NCBI GenBank assembly: GCA_043808015.1
Contig: JAZDFI010000008.1
Location: 13,271-77,270, forward strand
Direction of reading: 5' to 3'
Origin: Candidatus Aenigmatarchaeota archaeon
GTDB taxonomy: Archaea; Aenigmatarchaeota; Aenigmatarchaeia; QMZP01; QMZT01
Length of the DNA: 64,000 nucleotides
Made by a program: the position numbers and the translations under genes. The notes under the pieces were generated by a model, which ran no database searches, was not told the DNA's origin, and saw only the letters and a program-made list of their open reading frames with translations. How positions within the stretch are numbered: the stretch's first letter is position 1; each line of letters begins with the position of its first letter. Below, piece after piece: positions 39,440 through 48,694 of this stretch.

Positions 39440-40753
39440 ATGGCCAATAAAGTTGTCCATCACGATGCACATCCAGCACTCAAACGCGAGATAACGCTGT
39501 GGCAGGCGACCCTTACGGGCATAGGCCTTATCCTTGGCGCAGGCATTTACGCGCTGATTGGAAAGGCGTCAGCTATCGCTGGTAACGGCGTGTGGCTTTC
39601 ATTCGCACTGTCTGCGCTGGTGGCGATATTTACGGGCCTGAGCTACGCTGAGCTCAGTTCGATATTTCCCAAGGCCGGCGCAGAGTATGTTTACAGCAAA
39701 CACGCGTTCGGCAGGAAGCTCGCCTTCATAATCGGCTGGCTGGTAATAATATCCGGGTTCGTGTTTTCAGCGACGGTTGCGTTCGGCTTCGCCGGCTATT
39801 TCGAAAAGCTTTTCGGCGCGCCTTACATGCTGACAGCAGTAGTGCTCATTTTGCTGCTATCCTTCCTGGTTTTCTATGGCATCAAGGAATCGGTCTGGTT
39901 CGGGGTGATAGCGACATTGATCGAGATGGTAGGCCTTATCATAGTAATCATACTCGGCATTCCCTACCTAGGCCGGGTGGATTATTTTGATTTTCCAAGT
40001 CTTACGGGCGTCTTCACAGCGGCAGCTCTCGTGTTTTTTGCGTATGTGGGATTCGAACAGATATCCCGTTTGTCCGAGGAGACGAAGAATCCGAGGGTCA
40101 ACATCCATCGCGCGACTCTGTTGGCCATCGCAGTAACGACAATACTTTACATACTCGTCGCTGTCGCTGCTGTATCGATACTCGACTGGAACGTCTTAGG
40201 CGCTTCGAATGCCCCGATTGCGGACATCGCTTCAAAAATACTCGGGCCGCAGGGCTTCGTCGTTCTCTCGATAATCGCGCTGTTCGCGACTGCGAATACC
40301 GTCCTCTTCATGATGGTGGCGACCGCGCGCATGATTTATGGCGTAGGCAAATCGTTCTCGCACGAAAGCATATTGGCGCGCGTGCACTCGAAGACCCGCA
40401 CGCCCTGGGTGGCGACAATAATAACTGCCGTATTTTCGGTCGTCGCGCTCGGCTTCGGAAAGATAGACGTAGTCGCGAACATGACGGACTTCCTGATATT
40501 CGTCGTGTTCATCGTCATAAACGCCGCGGCGATAAAGCTGCGCTACACCAGCGAGCGCGAAGCGCATCATTTCAAGATGCCACTCAATATAGGACGCTTC
40601 CCGATTATACCCGTATTCGGCATAGTGTCATGCATCGCACTGATGGCCCACGTGAATTTAGACATAGTGGTTTATTCCGTTATTACGATCGCGATAGGCT
40701 TCGCGATAGCCGAAATCCTGGAGAGAAAAGGCATAAAGGCAAAATTCGAATAA
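39440..40753 (+). CDS. APC-superfamily amino acid permease
   Basis: 12 TM; AGAEYVYS/GFEQIS motifs typical of APC transporters; start set at MANKVV to avoid overlap with the ZIP gene. Confidence 0.85.
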   Translation: MANKVVHHDAHPALKREITLWQATLTGIGLILGAGIYALIGKASAIAGNGVWLSFALSALVAIFTGLSYAELSSIFPKAGAEYVYSKHAFGRKLAFIIGWLVIISGFVFSATVAFGFAGYFEKLFGAPYMLTAVVLILLLSFLVFYGIKESVWFGVIATLIEMVGLIIVIILGIPYLGRVDYFDFPSLTGVFTAAALVFFAYVGFEQISRLSEETKNPRVNIHRATLLAIAVTTILYILVAVAAVSILDWNVLGASNAPIADIASKILGPQGFVVLSIIALFATANTVLFMMVATARMIYGVGKSFSHESILARVHSKTRTPWVATIITAVFSVVALGFGKIDVVANMTDFLIFVVFIVINAAAIKLRYTSEREAHHFKMPLNIGRFPIIPVFGIVSCIALMAHVNLDIVVYSVITIAIGFAIAEILERKGIKAKFE

Positions 40754-40784
40754 TTTTATCGCGTGTTTTTCTGAAAAAATTTTA

Positions 40785-40903
40785 AGCGGAGGGAGGGAGT
40801 TGAACCCCCTTATGCCGGTATCTGCTCAGGATGACGCAGATTGCATCTGCGTCCGTCGCTTAGTCCGCTGCAGCCGGCCACATGGCCGTTTTGTTACCTC
40901 CGC
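40785..40903 (-). tRNA. tRNA-Cys(GCA) with a 48-nt canonical-position (37/38) intron (about 40820-40867)
   Basis: Acceptor GCGGAGG/CCUCCGC with U73 (Cys identity); anticodon stem GCCGG/CCGGC; loop CUGCAG|A; T-arm GGGGG-UUCAACU-CCCUC; D-arm somewhat irregular. Confidence 0.7.
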
Positions 40904-41038
40904 TTGTTTTCGGCTTTGTCTTGGTTATAATGTGTAATAATTACATAGCATATAGATTATTAAAAATTACATTTTTCCCGTTTCCTTGGAAATGGAAGGA
41001 TAATATATATTTATGTAAAATTTCCATCTTAATTTTGT

Positions 41039-41383
41039 ATGACAGACAATGATTCATATTTGTTGTCGCTGAAACACTCCTTATGGAATGTCCTTGCCGG
41101 AACGAGGGGCGGCGTGACCAGAATATGCATACTGAAACTGCTCAGGAAGAGGCCCTACAACATAAATCAGCTCCATGAAAAACTAAAGCTGGATTACAAA
41201 ACAATTCAACATCACATAAGGGTTTTGACAAACAACAAAATAATCACGGTCGAGAACGAAAAAAAATACGGATCGATGTATTTCATCTCGCCATTTTTGG
41301 AGAAACATATGTATCTTTTTGATGAAATCTTGGGGAAAATTGGGAAAAGGGAGTTAAATAACAACGAAAATAGTATTGTATAA
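41039..41383 (+). CDS. Winged-helix (ArsR-like) transcriptional regulator
   Basis: ICILKLLRKRPYNINQLHEKLKLDYKTIQHHIRVL HTH segment; AT-rich gene. Confidence 0.6.
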   Translation: MTDNDSYLLSLKHSLWNVLAGTRGGVTRICILKLLRKRPYNINQLHEKLKLDYKTIQHHIRVLTNNKIITVENEKKYGSMYFISPFLEKHMYLFDEILGKIGKRELNNNENSIV

Positions 41384-41392
41384 AGTGATTGG

Positions 41393-41680
41393 ATGAACTA
41401 CGTGGCATTGTCGTCGCTGGTAATCGACATATTGAACATAGTAGTCGTTGGTATGCTTTTCTACGTTTATATCAAAAATTACAGGCTAATAAGGTCGAGA
41501 TATAATTTGGGTCTGGTGGTTTTTTCCCTGATTTTCCTTCTGCAAAACATAGTTATCACGCACTTGAGCTTTTTTGCGTGGCCGGCCAGCATCGGCGATG
41601 CGGTAATGCTTGACATAATAACAATAAACTTCATCGAGCTTGTCGGCATGGCGACTCTTCTTTACATAACTTGGAAGTAA
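41393..41680 (+). CDS. Small 3-TM membrane protein, unknown function; likely co-transcribed with the upstream regulator
   Basis: 95 aa, three hydrophobic helices; 9-nt spacing from the regulator gene. Confidence 0.45.
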   Translation: MNYVALSSLVIDILNIVVVGMLFYVYIKNYRLIRSRYNLGLVVFSLIFLLQNIVITHLSFFAWPASIGDAVMLDIITINFIELVGMATLLYITWK

Positions 41681-41784
41681 ACTGGAGTTTTGTGGGAATA
41701 AATTAGGAATACCGATATAAAGCGGTTTTGGCAAATAGAGTCTAGAAAAGCTATCAAGTAAAATCTTTTAAGAATAACATTAAA

Positions 41785-41865
41785 TCCACGGTCTGGTCAA
41801 AGAGGTGCGGCATTAGCCCCCCGTGATGCAGGGTTAAAATTCGCGCCCTGATCAGAAGGCCATGG
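41785..41865 (+). ncRNA. Copy 1 of an exactly duplicated 81-nt GC-rich structured element; candidate small RNA gene with upstream TATA-like box and downstream oligo-T
   Basis: Identical to 51988-52068; predicted coaxial helices CCACGG/CCAUGG, UCUGGUCA/UGAUCAGA and GGUGCG/CGCGCC; internal GUGAUGC...CUGA; followed by GGUUUUACC. Confidence 0.5.
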
Positions 41866-41920
41866 ATGGTTTTACCTGAGTACGGTTTTTAAAAACAACT
41901 AAAGAGGGAGGAGTGTATAC

Positions 41921-42277
41921 ATGAAAGTCGTAAAGAAGGATGGAAGAGAGGAAAATTTCGACCATAACAAAATCAAAATAGGCATTGAAAAAGCGGCAGA
42001 GAGGGTTGGTGTCGAAAAGGAAAGAGCTAGACTGATAGCAGAAAAATTGGCGAAGGATGTGGAAAACCATTTAAGAAGCACCGCTACTGAGAGCAATCTC
42101 ACAAGCGTGAAAAGCAGTGATATAAGACATAGGGTCATCGAGGCTCTCGAAAAAGAAGAAAAGACAATCGCCGATTCTTTGAGGGAGTACAAAAAAGAGC
42201 AGACCCACAAACAGAGCCAGGAGCAGATTCACCACACAGAAACAAGAGCAGATCCACAAACAGAAACAAAATGTTAG
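41921..42277 (+). CDS. Stand-alone ATP-cone domain protein
   Basis: MKVVKKDGREENFDHNKIKIGIEKA... matches the ATP-cone N-terminal consensus (M.VIKRDG..E.F...KI..AI.KA); GGAGG SD upstream. Confidence 0.6.
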   Translation: MKVVKKDGREENFDHNKIKIGIEKAAERVGVEKERARLIAEKLAKDVENHLRSTATESNLTSVKSSDIRHRVIEALEKEEKTIADSLREYKKEQTHKQSQEQIHHTETRADPQTETKC

Positions 42278-42541
42278 TGCTGATGACTCATGCCACAGCC
42301 TTTATTTATTTTTTTAACAATGGCACGTGAAGCAAAGCCGGACTGATGCGGAATGCTATCGAGAAAAATCAAAATATGAACTGTCAAACATGATGATCAT
42401 CCCATGGTCAAATTCTTTTGAACTGTATTTTACCACTTTAGTTGACTAAAAAACAAATTTATTGAAAAGCTATTTAAGAGGGCGCCGGGTTAACTTAAAA
42501 TATCCAGAACACTTCTTGTTTTGGCTATCGAGGGTTGTATC

Positions 42542-42976
42542 ATGGTAAAAACCACGGAAATAGTCGTCATCGATCTGATGAAACCGGCAAAGACTGTAAT
42601 GAAGGATATGGATATACACAAGGCACTCCACATGATGAGAACGGAGAACATCGATTTACTTTCCGTGGTTGACGACAAGCACACTCTGATAGGCGCGGTC
42701 AGCGAAGCGAACATGTTAAAACTGGTGAAGCAGGACCCGCCATCTCTGGGCGATCCGGTTTGGTACGACTCGCTTGAACATGACGCGGGCAATAAACCAA
42801 TAGAGACGATAATGACGAGAGGCATAACCACGATAGGCACGAATGACACGGCTGCCACCGCCCTCAAGGTCATGAGCGCGACCGGCTACAAACTTCTTCA
42901 CGTTGTCGGCCCGGCAGGAAGGCTGCTTGGCATCATAAGGATGAAGGATATAATCGATAAGCTGCTCGGTGCTTGA
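42542..42976 (+). CDS. CBS-pair domain protein
   Basis: Two CBS motifs (...HTLIGAVSEANMLK..., ...GRLLGIIRMKDII...); 4-nt overlap with the downstream antiporter. Confidence 0.8.
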   Translation: MVKTTEIVVIDLMKPAKTVMKDMDIHKALHMMRTENIDLLSVVDDKHTLIGAVSEANMLKLVKQDPPSLGDPVWYDSLEHDAGNKPIETIMTRGITTIGTNDTAATALKVMSATGYKLLHVVGPAGRLLGIIRMKDIIDKLLGA

Positions 42977-44141
42977 CATGGAACCTCTACTTGATTTGGC
43001 GTTGCTGCTCTTCGGGGCAAAGCTCGGCGGAATACTTTTCAGCAAGCTCAAGCAGCCCAGCGTGATAGGCGAGCTGGTGGCGGGCATTATACTCGGACCG
43101 TCGTTGCTGGCACTGGTCAATCCTTCAGACCTGGTCAAGGTCGTTTCTGATCTCGGCCTGCTGTTTATGATTTTGCTCGTAAGCCTCAGCATAGACTGGA
43201 AAATCCTCGAAGGACGCGCAGAACGCTTCAGCTGGATGGAACTTACGAGAGTCATACTTGTAATAATCGCGGTTTATGCGATAGGCACCGTACTGGGATG
43301 GAACATATACACCATGGTCGTGATGGGAACTGTGATAGCGATAGCTAGTACAGCGATAGTCGCGCGCACTCTCACCGACATGAAACTTTTCAGCACGGCT
43401 GAAGGACAAACGCTGATAGGACTGGAAGTCATTGACGAGGTCGTCGCCATAGTAAGCGTCGCGATAATAGCGAATGTCATGGGAGGCTCGGAGATAACGT
43501 TGTGGCCCATAATAACCACGATATTTCTCGTCGTGGGGTTGTTCGTCGTCATGAGCCGCGTTGGTTTCAAGTTCGTCACGAGGGTCACCAGCTCTATCCA
43601 GAAATACGGCATAGACGAGGCGTTGTTCGCTTTCACGTTGCTTTTCGCTTTCCTGCTTGGCAGCATCACTGAAGGCCTTAATCTGGCGTCCGTGCTTGGC
43701 GTATTCATCGCCGGCATGATACTCTGCAGAAGCGCGCAGCATCCGATAATAACGCGCAAGGTGAAGGAGATAGGCGAAAGCTTTTTCATACCGGTGTTTT
43801 TCGCGTCCGTCGGACTGTCAATAAACCTTTTTGCCGCATCCAGCCAGATAATCCCAATACTGATGATAATGGGCATCATCGTCGGAGTCAAGTTTGTCAC
43901 GGCCATGGCGGCTTTCAAGCTGTTCCGCTACAGCCTATCGGACGCGCTGAAGCTTTCGTCAGGCTTCGTCACGCTCTCCGAAATGACTGCGGTGATAGTC
44001 GCCGTCGCTATAGCGAAACTCGATCCGGTTTTCTACGTAGGGCTAATAGCGTCGTTCGTGCTGATTAATGCAGTATCGCCTCTCCTGATAAAATTCGCAT
44101 TCGGTCGCAGGGCAAGCGCAAACAGAAGGGGATGGAGTTAA
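42969..44141 (+). CDS. CPA2-family cation:proton antiporter (Kef/NapA-like), no RCK domain
   Basis: GELVAGIILGPSLL N-terminal motif; 12-13 TM helices. Confidence 0.8.
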   Translation: MLDMEPLLDLALLLFGAKLGGILFSKLKQPSVIGELVAGIILGPSLLALVNPSDLVKVVSDLGLLFMILLVSLSIDWKILEGRAERFSWMELTRVILVIIAVYAIGTVLGWNIYTMVVMGTVIAIASTAIVARTLTDMKLFSTAEGQTLIGLEVIDEVVAIVSVAIIANVMGGSEITLWPIITTIFLVVGLFVVMSRVGFKFVTRVTSSIQKYGIDEALFAFTLLFAFLLGSITEGLNLASVLGVFIAGMILCRSAQHPIITRKVKEIGESFFIPVFFASVGLSINLFAASSQIIPILMIMGIIVGVKFVTAMAAFKLFRYSLSDALKLSSGFVTLSEMTAVIVAVAIAKLDPVFYVGLIASFVLINAVSPLLIKFAFGRRASANRRGWS

Positions 44142-44160
44142 TTAAAATTTTTAATGATTT

Positions 44161-45639
44161 TCAGTAAGCTTTGGCGAAAAGCGCGGTCGCTTTCGCTGGT
44201 TTTCCGCAGATGGCGCATGCGCCTGCGTGAGCGTCACCTTCGATGCAGCGGATTGTCGCCGTCGTTTTCTCCTTCGTCTTCTCTTCGCATTCCGCGTAGC
44301 CGCACCAGTGGGCGCGGACCATCTTCTTGTTCTGTATGAGTTTTTCAAGTTCTTCGAAGTTTCTCGCGTCCTTTATGTTCGCTGTCAAAAACTCCTTGGC
44401 CTTCCTGAAAAGATTTTCCTGTATGTGATCGAGCGTAGTCGCTGCCGCGTGCTCTACGTCGCATTCTCTGACCGGTTTCTTCTCAGCCGTGTCGCGCCGC
44501 ACGAAGACGACCTGCCCGCTCTTTATGTCGCGGGGCCCGATTTCTATGCGAAGCGGCACGCCCTTCATCTCCCATTCGTTGAACTTCCAACCGGGAGAAT
44601 ATAAGTCGCGGTCGTCGAGCGTGACGCTGAATTTATGCTCCAGCGCCTTTCTGATCTTTTCGCCTTCTTTAAGCACGCTCGCTTTCGTGTCGTTGTCGTA
44701 AATAGGTATTATGACTATCTGGGTCGGGGCGATCTTCGGCGGAAGGACGAGGCCCTTGTCGTCGCCGTGCGTCATTGTAAGCGCGCCTATCGTGCGCGTC
44801 GTCAGGCCCCATGACGTCTGCCAGACCAGGCGTTCTTTTCCCTTGTCGTCCATGAACTTGATGTCGAACACTTTTGCGAAATGCTGGCCGAGCTTGTGCG
44901 ACGTCGCCATCTGCAGGCCGCGTCCGTCAGGCATCAGCGCCTCGAGCGCGATGGTGTAGTCCGCGCCTGCGAACGTTTCGCTCCTCGATTTCTTGCCCAT
45001 TAAGACGGGAATTGCGAGCTGGGTTTCTATTAGTTCTTTGTATTGACTCGCGCGGAGGGCGACTTCTTCTTCGCACTCCTTCTCGGTCGCGTGCGCGGTG
45101 TGGCCTTCCTGCCACAGGAATTCGCGTGTTCTCAGGAAAAGCCTGGTCGCCTTCACTTCCCAGCGGATTATGTTGCACCACTGGTTGATGCGAAGGGGAA
45201 GGTCACGCCAGGAGCGAATCCATTTCGCGTAAGAATCATACATTATAGTCTCGGATGTCGGGCGCAGCGCGTAGCGCTCTTCACCGTCGTCTTTCTTCTC
45301 AACCCAAGCGACTTCAGGCATGAAGCCTTCAAAATGCTCGGACTCCTTCTTCAGGAAGCGCTCGGGGATGAAGAGCGGGAAATACGCGTTCGATACGCCT
45401 GTCGCCTTTATCCTGTCGTCGAACCAGCGCTGTATCTTTTCCCATATGGCGAAGCCGTAAGGCCTTATGATCATGCAGCCGCTTATCGGAGCGTAATCCG
45501 CGAGGCCGGATTTCTGCACGAGCTGGTTATACCATTCGGAGAAATCGTCAGACTTCTTGATTTTCAGCCTGTCAGCTTCTTCTTTTGTGCCCTCTGGTTT
45601 CATGGCTTCGTGCTTTTGTCCGGCTTTTTTGTGCTCCAT
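44161..45639 (-). CDS. proS: Prolyl-tRNA synthetase, archaeal/eukaryotic type with C-terminal Zn domain
   Basis: Class II motifs; IRPYGFAIWE; C-terminal CIEGDAHAGACAICGKPA. Confidence 0.9.
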   Translation of the reverse strand: MEHKKAGQKHEAMKPEGTKEEADRLKIKKSDDFSEWYNQLVQKSGLADYAPISGCMIIRPYGFAIWEKIQRWFDDRIKATGVSNAYFPLFIPERFLKKESEHFEGFMPEVAWVEKKDDGEERYALRPTSETIMYDSYAKWIRSWRDLPLRINQWCNIIRWEVKATRLFLRTREFLWQEGHTAHATEKECEEEVALRASQYKELIETQLAIPVLMGKKSRSETFAGADYTIALEALMPDGRGLQMATSHKLGQHFAKVFDIKFMDDKGKERLVWQTSWGLTTRTIGALTMTHGDDKGLVLPPKIAPTQIVIIPIYDNDTKASVLKEGEKIRKALEHKFSVTLDDRDLYSPGWKFNEWEMKGVPLRIEIGPRDIKSGQVVFVRRDTAEKKPVRECDVEHAAATTLDHIQENLFRKAKEFLTANIKDARNFEELEKLIQNKKMVRAHWCGYAECEEKTKEKTTATIRCIEGDAHAGACAICGKPAKATALFAKAY

Positions 45640-45750
45640 ACATCCACCAATACGATGACAATTACTAAATTGTTAGCCTAAGTTATTAAATAATCATTCA
45701 CGTTTGGGTAAATTGAACTGCAAATCACTGAAAACAAAGCTGGCGGGACG

Positions 45751-46149
45751 TTAGCGCTCTTCTTCGTACGGCCTGTAATGGGTCAGCTGCCTGCCGATTA
45801 TGTATCTGATGTTCTTGGATACGATGTTGGTCGTTATCTTGCCGATTATCTTGCCGTCCCTGACGACTGCGAGTCTTCTTACCATTCTCTTGTCCATGAT
45901 TTCGCTCGCCTTTGATACGTCTTCGTTGGCGTCGATTGTTATGACTGGCGAGTTCATTATGCGTTTTACCGTGACGTAAGCCGGGTCCTTGCCCGCGGCC
46001 ACGACTTTTCTAAGAATGTCGCGTTCCGTCACCACTCCAAGCGGCGTTCCGTTCTCGGACACGAGAGCCGAGCCGGTGGCGTGCTTTTCAAGCGTCTTGG
46101 CAAGCTCGGTTACTGTGGTTTCAGGGCTCACTTTTACCCATTCCTTCAT
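45751..46149 (-). CDS. CBS-pair domain protein
   Basis: MKEWVKVSPETTV...; two CBS motifs; start at ATG 46149. Confidence 0.8.
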   Translation of the reverse strand: MKEWVKVSPETTVTELAKTLEKHATGSALVSENGTPLGVVTERDILRKVVAAGKDPAYVTVKRIMNSPVITIDANEDVSKASEIMDKRMVRRLAVVRDGKIIGKITTNIVSKNIRYIIGRQLTHYRPYEEER

Positions 46150-46375
46150 GACGTCTTTTACCTTCAAGGATGACACCAAAATATATTGGAACTGTAAATC
46201 TTTAAAAAGACCTCCCACATATAATATATGCTCATAGATGCCACAAACTCGGCGGCGCATAACCCTATGTGCCAATGCTGACAGGCATTTATGACGAAGA
46301 TGTGAGCTTAATTACATTCAGAAAATTAAGTTTGAAGTAGGAGAACGTGAGAAAAGCAGCGAGATTTACAAGGAG

Positions 46376-46385
46376 TTTAAATAAA
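46376..46385 (+). promoter_or_regulatory. TATA-box-like element (TTTAAATAAA) about 20 nt upstream of the mature 16S 5' end
   Basis: AT-rich box directly upstream of ATTCCGGCTGATCCTGCCGG; no evident long processing-stem complementarity in the flanks. Confidence 0.4.
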
Positions 46386-46400
46386 TCCCGCCAATTTTTA

Positions 46401-47993
<1,593 letters not shown>

Positions 47994-48083
47994 ATATATA
48001 TCTCGCGCTCTCAACGCGTCTCCTACTTCTTCACACAGTCTTCAGCGATTGGCGCATACTCGTATGCGTCTTTCGTCAGTATT

Positions 48084-48216
48084 GGGCCGATAGATCAGCG
48101 GTAATGCGCGGGCGCAAGCCTGCGGTCGCTTGAGATCGCTCGCTTTGCAAGCGAGAGGCCGTGGGTTCAAATACGCCTTCGGCACGCCGCAGGCGATGGG
48201 AATCCCACTCGGTCCA
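48084..48216 (+). tRNA. tRNA-Ala(UGC) in the 16S-23S spacer, carrying two non-canonical introns: D-loop (about 26-29 nt within 48105-48133) and T-loop (about 30 nt, about 48171-48201)
   Basis: Acceptor GGGCCGA/UCGGUCC with G3-U70 and A73; D-stem GAUC/GAUC; anticodon arm CUCGC-UUUGCAA-GCGAG; T-stem GUGGG...CCCAC split by an insert containing GCCUUCGGC; D-loop insert contains a GCAA-tetraloop hairpin. Confidence 0.75.
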
Positions 48217-48694
48217 TAAAAGCCTTTTAGAAAAAGGCTTTAGCGAAAAACGAAAGCGCGAACAATGTATATAAAGACCTGGCAACAATAATTAGTTGCT
48301 CACGCTTACGGAAAACGCAGGTGATGTCTGCGGTTTCCAAAACAATGGCTATCCAAAGCTGTTCAGAGCTGTGTCGTATCCGTGACAGGGAATGGCATTG
48401 CAGTCGGAGGGTGGCGTACGCGAGTACGATATCTGTTTTTCTGGACAAGCTAGGGCTAGCGACAACCAAATCTCAATGTCACGGATCATGCTAACCACAT
48501 TACACCGAACCGATTGCGGTTGATGCAAACCCGCTTTCGGCATATGAAGCCTTTCAGCGAACGCTGATGGGTGGATTAGAGAGGAGCGATGAATATCATA
48601 CAGTCACCTGAACGGACGCGCAAGCGCCTGTAATGACGAGGTGAACACCAATTGAGTTCCTTGATGATGAAACATTGGCGAGTTGTCCTGACAA

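Noticed and set aside
41785-41865. 81-nt duplicated element considered as 5S rRNA, as a TPP riboswitch, or as a (split/permuted) tRNA
   Set aside because: Too short for 5S and lacks 5S loop motifs; it has CCUGAUC and GGUGC but lacks the CUGAGA thi-box and is not upstream of thiamine genes; no T-loop or acceptor geometry. Kept as an unclassified ncRNA candidate
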